Below, in pieces: positions 27,866 to 37,028 of a stretch of DNA of 64,000 bases. Origin of the DNA: Myxococcota bacterium (GTDB taxonomy: Bacteria; Myxococcota_A; UBA9160; UBA6930). The stretch spans positions 64,001 to 128,000 of the forward strand of contig OZ245015.1 of assembly GCA_965223705.1 (NCBI GenBank), given 5' to 3'. The notes beneath the pieces are model-generated. The model ran no database searches. It was not told the origin of the DNA and worked only from the letters and a program-made list of their open reading frames with translations. Position 1 is the stretch's first letter, and the number at the start of each line of letters is the position of its first letter. Both the position numbers and the translations under genes were made by a program.

Positions 27866-29193
27866 CGTCCGCGGCGCTTCAACCGAGACGTGTCGTAGTA
27901 GCGCCGACTGTCCTCGATCGAAAAGTTGAGAATGTTCATCGTGTCGAACTGGCCCATGTTCGACGCGCCGGTCTGGACATTGACGATCATCACGTTCGCT
28001 CCGAGAAACGTAAAGCGTCCGTGGTTCTCCGGGATCGCGCTGTCTTCGCTCCAGCGACCCACGGAACCGATCAGCTTGTACGGCGCTCCGGCTCGGTCAT
28101 ACGCGACGGCGAGACCGGGCGCCATGGTTTCCTTGTCGTACCAGATCTGTTTTCTGCTGTAGGGGTGCCCCTTCTGCCGGGGGATATCGTCGAGCCGAAA
28201 GGCATTCCGCTTTTGCCATTCCTCTCCCACCATGGGCATCGCGCCGTAGGGGTCGAATCGGCAGGAGCGCCACTCCTCCTCGGTACCGAGTCGGATCATC
28301 CGCGTCGTCGAGATCTCCCCCAGGACGCTCGGAAAGCACTGACGCTTGCTGTTCGCGGCGGCCAGCAGAACGCGCTCACCGTGATATTGCCAATCGTGAT
28401 CCCACACGTAGCCCGAAAAAAGATAGAAATCTTCGAGAGTGAATTCCGTGCCGAGCAATGAATCCGACTTTTGCGTCGCGGCGATCCTCCGGACACGTCG
28501 CAGGGCGGGAATGTACGCCCACGTGTCGTCCTCTTTCCCGTCGGTGTAGCGGTACAGCAGAAACATCGTGCCGCGGAGATCGAACGGCGTCTTCACATCG
28601 AAAAACTCGGCCCACTCCACGGTCGTTCCGGGTTCGAGCTCGTGGGTGTCAGGAAGCAGGTCGGCTCGGTGGCTGTAGTAGGTGCGCCGGTATTCCCCCT
28701 GCGAGATCCGCCAGGTTTCCGCGCCTTGGTTCCTCATGTTCGAGAAACCCCAGTGCGGCAAGTTGAATCCCGCGCCGCCCTGCCAACGGAAATTGACGTT
28801 CCATGCGAGCTTGAGTCCGATATCCGGATCGTCGGGTGAGAGGTCGCACGCGTGACCGGTCACCTCCTTCGCCCATTCCGAGAAGGGAAACGGCTGCCCG
28901 GCGACGTAGTTCTCGAGTCGTCCCTCGGCGTTGATCGTAGCCTGACACGCGTACTTCGCCGTCGCCTCGATGTATTTCGGATGGACCGGATACTCCTCGC
29001 TCTCGACGATCTGCATCAGGAGGTCGGGGAACGGCTCGACCGCGTACGTGTAGACCTCGTCCGGCAAGAGATCGCGAACGAGCTCGCGGTTCTCCGCGGT
29101 GATGGTGTCTCCAGGAGAAACGTCGGCGGCGCCCGGGCTCGCCCAGCAGAACAGGATCACGAGAACACCGAAAGCTCTGGTTCCGATCATCAC
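27862..29193 (-). CDS. DUF1329-like exported protein (LolA-like fold)
   Basis: Signal peptide, GDTITAEN, AGQPFP, DDTWAYIPALRRVRR, HPYSRK. Confidence 0.82.
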   Translation of the reverse strand: MMIGTRAFGVLVILFCWASPGAADVSPGDTITAENRELVRDLLPDEVYTYAVEPFPDLLMQIVESEEYPVHPKYIEATAKYACQATINAEGRLENYVAGQPFPFSEWAKEVTGHACDLSPDDPDIGLKLAWNVNFRWQGGAGFNLPHWGFSNMRNQGAETWRISQGEYRRTYYSHRADLLPDTHELEPGTTVEWAEFFDVKTPFDLRGTMFLLYRYTDGKEDDTWAYIPALRRVRRIAATQKSDSLLGTEFTLEDFYLFSGYVWDHDWQYHGERVLLAAANSKRQCFPSVLGEISTTRMIRLGTEEEWRSCRFDPYGAMPMVGEEWQKRNAFRLDDIPRQKGHPYSRKQIWYDKETMAPGLAVAYDRAGAPYKLIGSVGRWSEDSAIPENHGRFTFLGANVMIVNVQTGASNMGQFDTMNILNFSIEDSRRYYDTSRLKRRGR

Positions 29194-29300
29194 GAGATGA
29201 TACCGCGGAGCGCCTCAAGCCCTGGAAGCCGTCCTCCGAATACAGCGTCAGCGGAAGGCAGCCGAGTCACGGTAAGCACTCGGAGCGCCTGGGGGGTGCG

Positions 29301-29996
29301 GTGTCGATCCTACATCGGGGAAAGTACGGAATTCAGCTTCCGGAGGGTGCGAGTCACGCTCGCGCCGACCGCCGGTTCGCGCCGGTCGGTCCGGAGATCG
29401 CGTTCGCCTGCGCGGCGCTTGCGGCCGCCTTCCTCCTCGGCAGCGCTCTACACATTCTCGGAATGGAAGGTCAGGCCGCGATTCCGCACTTCGTGCTCGT
29501 CAACCTCTGTGCACTGACCCTCCTGATCGTCGCCGGGCTCTCCTGGTTTCGACACGACGATCTGGGTTCTTCCGAGAGCGATCTGCTCCATCGACTCGCG
29601 TCGCTCTTTGCCCTGGCCGGACTCGAAACGCTGGTCATTCTCTCGATCGTCGACGCGCCCATTGTCGGATGGTGGGCGCTCATCACCGGGACATTGGCCC
29701 TCTCGGTTTTTTTCGCGCTCCTCACCCTCGCAACGCTCAGCTGGTCGGACGGAACGCGTGCGGTGTTATGGATCGCCGCCGGCGCGGGTTTCCTCGTCCT
29801 CGGTCAATTCGCTCTCGAAAACTCGAGCGTGGCGCGCCTTTGGCCCACCGAAGCTTTCGTGGCGCTCATGCGATACAGCGGCGACGCGGCATCGCTCGGC
29901 ACATTGATCTACGGACTGGCGACGAGCCTCATGTGGGTCGCCGGTGCCGGCGTGTGGGTCGCGCGCGGGCTCGGAATGATTCGCTCGCCGCTCTAG
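29301..29996 (+). CDS. Hypothetical multi-pass membrane protein
   Basis: About 6 hydrophobic segments. Confidence 0.6.
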   Translation: MSILHRGKYGIQLPEGASHARADRRFAPVGPEIAFACAALAAAFLLGSALHILGMEGQAAIPHFVLVNLCALTLLIVAGLSWFRHDDLGSSESDLLHRLASLFALAGLETLVILSIVDAPIVGWWALITGTLALSVFFALLTLATLSWSDGTRAVLWIAAGAGFLVLGQFALENSSVARLWPTEAFVALMRYSGDAASLGTLIYGLATSLMWVAGAGVWVARGLGMIRSPL

Positions 29997-30006
29997 AGCG
30001 AGCGTC

Positions 30007-30030
30007 GCGAGGTCGCACGGGCGACCTCGC
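30007..30030. terminator. Perfect 10-bp hairpin between convergent genes
   Basis: GCGAGGTCGC-ACGG-GCGACCTCGC; no U-tract. Confidence 0.55.
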
Positions 30031-30045
30031 TCGGCACGGTCCGCA

Positions 30046-30450
30046 CTACTCGTGATGCTTGTCCCAGTGCTTTTCGAAACGGTCGCCCGCGCGGTCGAGT
30101 TTTCGGTCCGCGCGACTGCCCTTGCGATCCAAGCGGCGGTCGATTCGGTCGCCCCGCCGATCGAGGCGGCGGTCGATGCGATCGCCCTTCCGGTCTAGGC
30201 GATCCGCGAGCTTGTCCTTGCCCGCCGCTGCGGCGCGGTTTGACGCGCGATCGAGACGGCGATCGATGCGGTCTCCCTTCCGGTCGAGTCGGCGATCCAC
30301 GCGGTCGCCCCGCCGGTCGAGGCGCCGCTCGACGCGGTCGCCTTTGCGGTCGAGCTTGCGGTTCACACGATCTCCGGGATCGGCGAAGCTCGGGACCGAG
30401 ATCAGAAGCGCGGTGGAAAACATGAGTGCGATGGCTGCGATACGTGACAT
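30046..30450 (-). CDS. Exported protein with 11-residue repeats (RLDR[KR]GDR[IV]DR)
   Basis: Signal peptide ending SFA-D; SD AAGGAG; about 7 repeats. Confidence 0.8.
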   Translation of the reverse strand: MSRIAAIALMFSTALLISVPSFADPGDRVNRKLDRKGDRVERRLDRRGDRVDRRLDRKGDRIDRRLDRASNRAAAAGKDKLADRLDRKGDRIDRRLDRRGDRIDRRLDRKGSRADRKLDRAGDRFEKHWDKHHE

Positions 30451-30608
30451 GCGGTTCTCCTTGTCCGGTTTTGGCTTATCCCCTGCCATCCCCCTCAAAC
30501 CGCCCGCCGCGTGAACGGTTGCGCCGCTCGCGAGAAAAAAGCGCTCCGCGCCACGTGACCGATACGCAACAGCAGCCGTAACACCTTGCATTCGTTGTGA
30601 GATCGGGA

Positions 30609-31373
30609 TTAGGAAGTACTCGTGTCGGCGTTTTCCGGATCGGAATCGATCATGAAGCGGTAGACCCAGCCGTTTTGGCTGTCCCGTAAGGCCGCCCCGA
30701 TCATGTCGTCGGGGTCACACGTTTCGGCGCGGCGAACCAATCGATCGAAGGCTTGGCGGAAATTGCGTGTGTGGCGCTCGCGAACTTGCGTTCCGTAGAA
30801 CAAATCCCGTGGCGCGACCTCACCACTGAAACACAACGCGATGATGCGCAGGCTGAACGCGTTGCGGTCTCCGGCGCCGAGTCGGTCCCAAAGGCCGATC
30901 GAAGGTCGCTCCTCGCCGGGAGGGATCGCGTCCGCTTCCCACGACGTCACGATGAGGCCGGCGACCACGCCGAGCTGTTCCGTCACCACATCGGCGACGC
31001 GGAGGTAGGTGTCTTGCCGGGAGTGGAGCTCGTCGGCGGCGATCGCCCGGGATTGCACTTCGGCTTGCTCCGCCGCCTGGCGCATCACGTCGAGCTGTCG
31101 CTCGACGACCCGGGTGTTTTGGCTCAGTTGGCTCTGCTGCATGAAGAAGCCGACGACCAACCAGAGAAAGGCGAGGGGCGCGAAGGCTCCTTCGAGAAAT
31201 CCGCCCAGGGACGGGGCGTTCAGATGAGCAAAGTCGACCCACCCGACCACGGAAGTGATGTAGAGCAGCCCCAGACTCGTCCAGATCGCGGTGATCCCCA
31301 AGCTGAGACGGAGGCGCCAATCGAGCTCTACGTTGGACGGGGAGGGCCCCGACGGAGCGGTTTCGGTCGTCAT
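30609..31373 (-). CDS. Hypothetical membrane protein with coiled-coil
   Basis: Two N-terminal TM helices, GGFLEGAFAPLAFLWLVVG. Confidence 0.7.
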   Translation of the reverse strand: MTTETAPSGPSPSNVELDWRLRLSLGITAIWTSLGLLYITSVVGWVDFAHLNAPSLGGFLEGAFAPLAFLWLVVGFFMQQSQLSQNTRVVERQLDVMRQAAEQAEVQSRAIAADELHSRQDTYLRVADVVTEQLGVVAGLIVTSWEADAIPPGEERPSIGLWDRLGAGDRNAFSLRIIALCFSGEVAPRDLFYGTQVRERHTRNFRQAFDRLVRRAETCDPDDMIGAALRDSQNGWVYRFMIDSDPENADTSTS

Positions 31374-31456
31374 GACGCAAGCTTACCGCCGGACCGCCAG
31401 AATGGGCCCGGACCGGGCGGCACCGTGGCATACTCCGGGGTCGCAGGGGAGACAGC

Positions 31457-31855
31457 ATGAGCGAGCGTGAAGACATCTATTCTGGGAACAAGATCGAATG
31501 GCGGTGGGTCATTGTGGGTTCCCTCATCGTCGTGGGCACCCAGACGCTGATCGGCGCAGCCCTTTCCGCACTCGGGGTCGACGTGTCGTCCCTGGGTGCC
31601 TTCATCGTGGCCGCATCGGTGGGCTTCTTCGTCGGCGGCTTTTTGATCGGCTGGATGTCGCCCGGATACACCGCGTGGGAAGGCGGCTTTGCGAGCGTGA
31701 TCGCGGCGGCGGGGAGTGTGTTCGTCGCGTCGAGACTGCTCGCTTTTGCCGGCGGACTGGTGTCGCTGATCCCGGTCGCCGTGGGGTGGGGCCTCCTATG
31801 CGGACTCCTCGGGGGTTTCATAGGTGAGAAGTTCCAAAACGCCCTCGAAAGCTGA
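31457..31855 (+). CDS. Small 4-TM membrane protein
   Basis: Gly-rich hydrophobic helices, SPG motif. Confidence 0.7.
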   Translation: MSEREDIYSGNKIEWRWVIVGSLIVVGTQTLIGAALSALGVDVSSLGAFIVAASVGFFVGGFLIGWMSPGYTAWEGGFASVIAAAGSVFVASRLLAFAGGLVSLIPVAVGWGLLCGLLGGFIGEKFQNALES

Positions 31856-32039
31856 TTCCCAAGAGGCCGGTCGCTGTCCGCTGTGCGAGCAGCCGAACGA
31901 ATGCGCACTGGCCCAGGGCGCTGCCGACCCCTGTTGGTGCGTGTCGGTAGAAATCTCCGATGCGCTCAGGCAGCGCGTTCCCGCCGGCAGTAGCGAGCGC
32001 TGCATTTGCCGACGCTGCGTCTCCGAACACAACCGATAG
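31824..32039 (+). CDS. Cysteine-rich CWC family protein
   Basis: CPLC..NEC..CWC..CICRRC. Confidence 0.78.
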   Translation: MRSSKTPSKADSQEAGRCPLCEQPNECALAQGAADPCWCVSVEISDALRQRVPAGSSERCICRRCVSEHNR

Positions 32040-32048
32040 GAGTCCCCC

Positions 32049-33143
32049 ATGAAAGCTGCGGTCCTTCACGAGGTCGGAAAGCCGCTCGTCATTGAAGACA
32101 TCGAAATCGATCCGCCGAAAGAAGGCGAAGTCGGCGTGAAGATCGCCGCGAGTGGCATCTGCCACAGCGACTATTCCGTCGCTCACGGGGTCTTGTTGTC
32201 TCCGCTTCCGGTCGTCCTCGGCCATGAGGCAGCGGGGGTTGTCGAAGCCGTCGGTCCCGGTGTCACCGGACTCGAGGTGGGCGATCACGTCATCGCAGCA
32301 CTCTCACCGTCCTGCGATCGCTGCGTCATGTGCGGCGAGAACAAGCCCTTCCTGTGCAGCGAGATGGGCAAAATACTGAGCGAATCCTCCATGCTCGACG
32401 GAACGACGCGCCTCCGGCGGGGAACCAACCGCGTGCATCAGATGGCAGGCATCGCGTCCTTCGCCGAGCGCGCGGTCATTCCCGCGGGCGCGGCGATCAA
32501 GATCCCGAAAGACGTACCCCTGGAAACCGTGTGCCTGATCGGTTGTGGCGTCACCACGGGCACCGGCGCGGCGCTCAACACGGCCTCGATCCGGCCGGGC
32601 GACAGCGTGGCCGTGGTGGGGTGTGGTGGCGTAGGGCTGTCGATCATTCAGGGCGCTCGAATTGCCGGCGCTGAGATTATCGTCGCCGTGGACCCGATCG
32701 CCGAAAAACGTGATCTCGCTCTCTCCGTGGGCGCGACCCACGGAGTCGACCCCTTCAACGAAGATGCGCCTCGTGCCGTGAGAAAGATCACCGGCCTGGG
32801 CGCGCACCACGCGTTCGAAGCGCTGGGAAAGCTCGAAACCATCGAAGCGGCGTACAAAATGTTGCGGCCGTCGGGCACCGCCGTGGTCGTCGGCATGCCT
32901 CCCGTGCGCGAGAGCGTCCCGGTGCGCGTCGGAGGCTTGTTCCTCGAAAAGAAGATCACGGGCTCTGCCTACGGATCCGCAGTTCCACGCCGCGACATCC
33001 CGAAATTCGTCGACTACTACCAGCGGGGAGAGCTCAAGCTCGACGAAATGATCACGCAGCGCATTCCCCTCGAGCGCGTGAACGACGCCTTCGAGGAAAT
33101 GGGGCGCGGCGAAGGCGCACGCTCGGTCATCGTCTACGACTGA
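32049..33143 (+). CDS. Zn-dependent alcohol dehydrogenase (class III-like)
   Basis: GICHSD, GHEAAG, CxxCxxC..C, GCGVTTG, GCGGVG. Confidence 0.93.
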   Translation: MKAAVLHEVGKPLVIEDIEIDPPKEGEVGVKIAASGICHSDYSVAHGVLLSPLPVVLGHEAAGVVEAVGPGVTGLEVGDHVIAALSPSCDRCVMCGENKPFLCSEMGKILSESSMLDGTTRLRRGTNRVHQMAGIASFAERAVIPAGAAIKIPKDVPLETVCLIGCGVTTGTGAALNTASIRPGDSVAVVGCGGVGLSIIQGARIAGAEIIVAVDPIAEKRDLALSVGATHGVDPFNEDAPRAVRKITGLGAHHAFEALGKLETIEAAYKMLRPSGTAVVVGMPPVRESVPVRVGGLFLEKKITGSAYGSAVPRRDIPKFVDYYQRGELKLDEMITQRIPLERVNDAFEEMGRGEGARSVIVYD

Positions 33144-33225
33144 GGTCTCCGGTCAAGCGACTTCCGCAGCTTGCCGAAAAGAACGGGGTGCGAATCTCTG
33201 CGGCTTTGCCGCCCGGAGGCCCCGA

Positions 33226-33792
33226 ATGACCCACGCGCCGCCCGCCGAACGCATCCGCAAACGCGTCCCGTGCGACGTGCGGTTCCGCGAGTCCCATCGT
33301 TCGGGCATGGTCTTGAACCTCTCGAAGAGCGGCCTTTTCGTCCAAACGACCTTGGGCGCGAAACCCGGCGAACCCGTCGAACTGTTTCTCAACGCGCCGA
33401 ACTCACCGGTGGCGATCCCCGTCCGCGCTGAAGTCGTATGGAACCGCGTGGTGAATCCGACCTTCAGGAGCGTGGTACAAGGGGGCTTTGGGGCGAGGAT
33501 CAGCGCCGCCTCCGATGACTACTACGAACTGATCGGCGCTTCTGCCGGCCCGGTGCGCCCGGATCGAGTGATCGCTGCCAGGACTTCGTCGGCGGCGCCC
33601 AGCGCGCGCGAACTCGAAACCCCCGCGGAGAGCTATCGCGTACGGGTGAAGCTCGAGGGGAAGCCGCGCTCCCGCTTCGTCACCGTCTCAGCGGCCAGTG
33701 CCCAGGACGCCGAAAAGCGGGCCCTCGAACGCTTGGGCAAAGGCTGGACCATCCTGTCCGGCGCCGTCCTCGATCCGCCCTCCGACACCTAG
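33226..33792 (+). CDS. PilZ domain protein
   Basis: RIRKR (RxxxR) and NLSKSG (N/DxSxxG). Confidence 0.8.
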   Translation: MTHAPPAERIRKRVPCDVRFRESHRSGMVLNLSKSGLFVQTTLGAKPGEPVELFLNAPNSPVAIPVRAEVVWNRVVNPTFRSVVQGGFGARISAASDDYYELIGASAGPVRPDRVIAARTSSAAPSARELETPAESYRVRVKLEGKPRSRFVTVSAASAQDAEKRALERLGKGWTILSGAVLDPPSDT

Positions 33793-34656
33793 GCCTCTCC
33801 CCTCACGGCGGCGCGCTTGCACGTCGGGCACCCGGCGCAGCCACGCGTTGTTCTCAAACCAAAACGATCGGATTCTCTCGAGGCCTCCGTTCAAGCGCAG
33901 CGCTTCGAGGTAGTTCGCGAGCAAGTTCGCGAGCAGCGTATCTTCGGGCGGAATCGCGATTCCCATCGGTTCGACGGTCAGCGTCTCGTCGAGATACGCG
34001 AGCCCGGCCTCGGGAAACGACAACCGGGCGAACACGCAAGTCTCGTAGTCGGCGACCACCGCATCGACCTTGTCGTCGACCAACAACGCAACGGCCTCGC
34101 TGAGACTCGCCGGCAACACGAGCTGTGCCTGTGGCGCTTCCCGCGCGACGAAGCTCTCTCCTGTCGAACCGGCCAGCGCTGCGAGGCGCAGGGTCGTCTG
34201 ATTGAGGTTGGGATCCTCGCGCATTCGCTCGAGGGTTTCCGTCTTCGTCAGTATGGACTTTCCGGACACGAAATACGGGCCGACGAACGCCGCCCGCCGG
34301 TTGCGACGCGGTGTGATGGTCATCCCCGACATCACCACGTCGACGTCTCCCGCTTCGAGGGCGTTCAGCAGGCGGGAGAAAGGGCGCTCCACGAAGGTCG
34401 CTTTCACACCGAGGTTCTGAGCCAGGACTTCTAGGATTGCGATCTCGAACCCGAGCCACTCGCCGTTGGACGTGACGAAGTTCATGGGCAGTTGATCGCC
34501 GCTCATGCCGACTCGCAACTCGCCGGATGACATCACGCGCGACAGACCGCGTTTCGGTTCGGGCGGAGGCTCGGGGGCCGCACCGCGGTAACGGCCGCCG
34601 AATTGGCACGCGGCGAAGCCAAGGCATAGAACTGCGACGAGAAGCCGGTGTGCCAC
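33688..34656 (-). CDS. Amino-acid-type substrate-binding lipoprotein (SBP family 3)
   Basis: Lipobox FAAC, ELRVG, DVVMSGMTITPRR. Confidence 0.85.
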   Translation of the reverse strand: MAHRLLVAVLCLGFAACQFGGRYRGAAPEPPPEPKRGLSRVMSSGELRVGMSGDQLPMNFVTSNGEWLGFEIAILEVLAQNLGVKATFVERPFSRLLNALEAGDVDVVMSGMTITPRRNRRAAFVGPYFVSGKSILTKTETLERMREDPNLNQTTLRLAALAGSTGESFVAREAPQAQLVLPASLSEAVALLVDDKVDAVVADYETCVFARLSFPEAGLAYLDETLTVEPMGIAIPPEDTLLANLLANYLEALRLNGGLERIRSFWFENNAWLRRVPDVQARRREGRGLGVGGRIEDGAGQDGPAFAQAFEGPLFGVLGTGR

Positions 34657-34661
34657 AGTGA

Positions 34662-35429
34662 CTACAGGTGGCGACCTCCATCGAGAACCAGATTCTGTCC
34701 CGTCATGAAGGACGACGCCTCGCTCGCGAGGAACACCACGGCGCCGACCATTTCGTCCGGCAGCCCGATCCTGCGAAGTGCCGAGTTTCCGACGAGATCC
34801 TTCACGATGGCCTCACTCTCCCAGAGCGCCCTTGAGAACTCGGTCTTGATGAGCCCCGGAGAAATCGTGTTCACCCGGATCCCTTCTTTGCCCCAGGTCT
34901 TCGCGCACACCTGCGTCAGCATGTTGAGCGCGGACTTCGAGACGGAGTAGCCGCCGATCACATCGCTCGCCTGAAGTCCGCCAAGCGAGCTCACGTTGAT
35001 GATGCTCCCGCCATCGCCGTGCTTCAGCATGGCCTCGCGCGCGAACTTCGAGAGGAAGTGGATCGCTTTCACGTTCGTGTTCATCAACGCGTCAAACGCG
35101 CGCTCGTCGATGTCCTGCACCGGCCCGAACACCGGGTTCGTCCCGGCGTTGTTCACGAGCACATCGAGTCGACCGAGCTCCGTAACGGTTTGATTGACAA
35201 GGTTCTCGAGCTCGTCGAGCTTTCGAACGTTTGTGGGAACCGCGATCGCTTTCTGGCCCGTCGCGCGCACTTCCGCCGCGGCCTCCTCGAGATCCTCGGG
35301 CTTTCGAGCGGCGATCGCGACGTCGGCTCCGGCTTCCGCGAGACCGACACAAATGGAACGACCGATCCCGCGGCTTCCGCCGGTGACGATGGCGACCTTC
35401 CCGGCGAGTGAGAAATCGGCTTTGGGCAT
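34662..35429 (-). CDS. SDR oxidoreductase
   Basis: TGGSRGIG, VNNAG, YSVSK. Confidence 0.92.
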   Translation of the reverse strand: MPKADFSLAGKVAIVTGGSRGIGRSICVGLAEAGADVAIAARKPEDLEEAAAEVRATGQKAIAVPTNVRKLDELENLVNQTVTELGRLDVLVNNAGTNPVFGPVQDIDERAFDALMNTNVKAIHFLSKFAREAMLKHGDGGSIINVSSLGGLQASDVIGGYSVSKSALNMLTQVCAKTWGKEGIRVNTISPGLIKTEFSRALWESEAIVKDLVGNSALRRIGLPDEMVGAVVFLASEASSFMTGQNLVLDGGRHL

Positions 35430-35468
35430 GAGGAACTCCTTCTTTCGAGCCAGGATAACGCTTCGCTG

Positions 35469-35846
35469 CTACTGCGGCGCCTCGGCGATGCAGTCGATCT
35501 CGACCGCTGCGGAGAGGGCGAGATCGACCCCGCCCACGGTGATTCGCGCCGCGCTGCCTTCACCCATCACACCGATGTAGGCCTCGTTCATTTCGCCGAA
35601 CGTCGACAAGTCGCTGAGGAAGACGTTCACTTTCGCGACGTCCGCGAGGCCGGCGCCGTTCGCTTCGAGGATGCGCTCGATGTTGCGGAGGGTTTGCTCG
35701 GTTTCGGGCCCTGTGCCGCCGGGCGCGAGCGTCCCTTTTTCATCGATGGTGCCGAGGGTCCCGGAAACGAAGATCAGATTTCCGACGCGCGTCGCGTGGC
35801 AGAACGCGGGTAGACGAACGAGGCCGGGTACGTTGGTGCGAGTCAC
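35469..35846 (-). CDS. RidA/YjgF family protein
   Basis: IFVSG, KVNVFL, MNEAY, ARITV, VEIDCIA. Confidence 0.88.
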   Translation of the reverse strand: MTRTNVPGLVRLPAFCHATRVGNLIFVSGTLGTIDEKGTLAPGGTGPETEQTLRNIERILEANGAGLADVAKVNVFLSDLSTFGEMNEAYIGVMGEGSAARITVGGVDLALSAAVEIDCIAEAPQ

Positions 35847-35856
35847 TGTGGATTCC

Positions 35857-36570
35857 TTACGTATTGTGAGGTTGAGTCCGGAAGAGGCCGACAAGAGCGA
35901 GGCCCGCGAGGAACCCCCCGATGTGGGCCCAGAAAGCGACCCCGCCGCCGGCGGTGGCCAAGCTCGGCAAGCCGCCGAGCACCTGCAGGACGAACCAATA
36001 ACCGAGCATGAGAAACGCCGGCACCGAGACCGTCGTCACGTAGAAGCCGAGGATCAGCAGTGTGTCGACGCGTTGCCTCGGGTGGAGTCGGAGATACGCG
36101 CCCATGACGCCGCCGATCGCGCCGGATGCACCCACCATCGGGATTGCGCTGTCCGGGTCGGTCATCACCTGCGCGCCGGCGGCGGCGAGACCGCAGAGCA
36201 GATAGAAGACGACGAAGCCGCCGCGCGTCATCGCGTCTTCTACGTTGTCTCCGAATACCCACAAGAACCACATGTTGCCGAGCAGGTGGAACCAGCCACC
36301 GTGCATGAACATCGACGAGATGGGTGTGAACCAGCTCCCCGAGCCGTCCAGCCGACACTGGGTTTGCGGGCCGACATCGATCACCGCGTCGAGTGGAAGC
36401 AAGCGGAGAAATTCGCCCGGGATCAGCGCAAAGTGGCAAAGCGAGGCCGCGAGCGAGGCGCTGCTGCCGTAGCCCTGGAGGAGGAACCACGCCGCGAGGT
36501 TTGCGGCGACGATCGCCCAGGTCGTCACAGGCTTCCGTCGGGTCGGATTGCGGTCGCGAAGAGGGAACAA
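35857..36570 (-). CDS. Rhomboid intramembrane serine protease
   Basis: HGGWFHLLGNM, GASGAI, AHIGGF. Confidence 0.93.
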   Translation of the reverse strand: MFPLRDRNPTRRKPVTTWAIVAANLAAWFLLQGYGSSASLAASLCHFALIPGEFLRLLPLDAVIDVGPQTQCRLDGSGSWFTPISSMFMHGGWFHLLGNMWFLWVFGDNVEDAMTRGGFVVFYLLCGLAAAGAQVMTDPDSAIPMVGASGAIGGVMGAYLRLHPRQRVDTLLILGFYVTTVSVPAFLMLGYWFVLQVLGGLPSLATAGGGVAFWAHIGGFLAGLALVGLFRTQPHNT

Positions 36571-36604
36571 GGAGGCCTAGCCTTTTGCAGGAAGAGGGAA
36601 CAAG
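36558..36604. repeat. 14-bp direct repeat duplicating the rhomboid start
   Basis: GAAGAGGGAACAAG at 36558-36571 and 36591-36604. Confidence 0.85.
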
Positions 36605-36662
36605 AGATCCTCACCCTAACACGAGGTGGCGACCCACCGCGGTCCTCGGTACCTCCTCGGGT

Positions 36663-37016
36663 ATGAGCGAATCACTCGTCTCCAAGATCGGCATGATCAT
36701 CCACCCGGTCGACGACCTCGACGCCGCCGCCCGCTTCTTCAGCGAGGGGCTCGGGCTCGAAGAGGCGTTTCGCGACGGCGACCGTTTCTGCGCGTTCTCC
36801 GTCGGCGGCGTCATGATCGCGCTGGCAGCTGGAGAAGAACGGCTGGCCAACGCGACGGCCGTTTCGTTCAAGGTCGACGACGTTCCGGCCACCGTTTCGA
36901 GACTCGAGGCGGCCGGCGCCACGGTGCTGCGCGCGCCCGAGGAGGGGCCGCACGAAATTCGCGCGGTTCTGCGCGACCCGTCGGGCAACCCGGTCATCGT
37001 CTATTCCGGCAAGTAG
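36663..37016 (+). CDS. VOC/glyoxalase family protein
   Basis: VDDLDAAARFF, SFKVDD, DPSGN. Confidence 0.85.
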   Translation: MSESLVSKIGMIIHPVDDLDAAARFFSEGLGLEEAFRDGDRFCAFSVGGVMIALAAGEERLANATAVSFKVDDVPATVSRLEAAGATVLRAPEEGPHEIRAVLRDPSGNPVIVYSGK

Positions 37017-37028
37017 GCCGCCCGCGAG

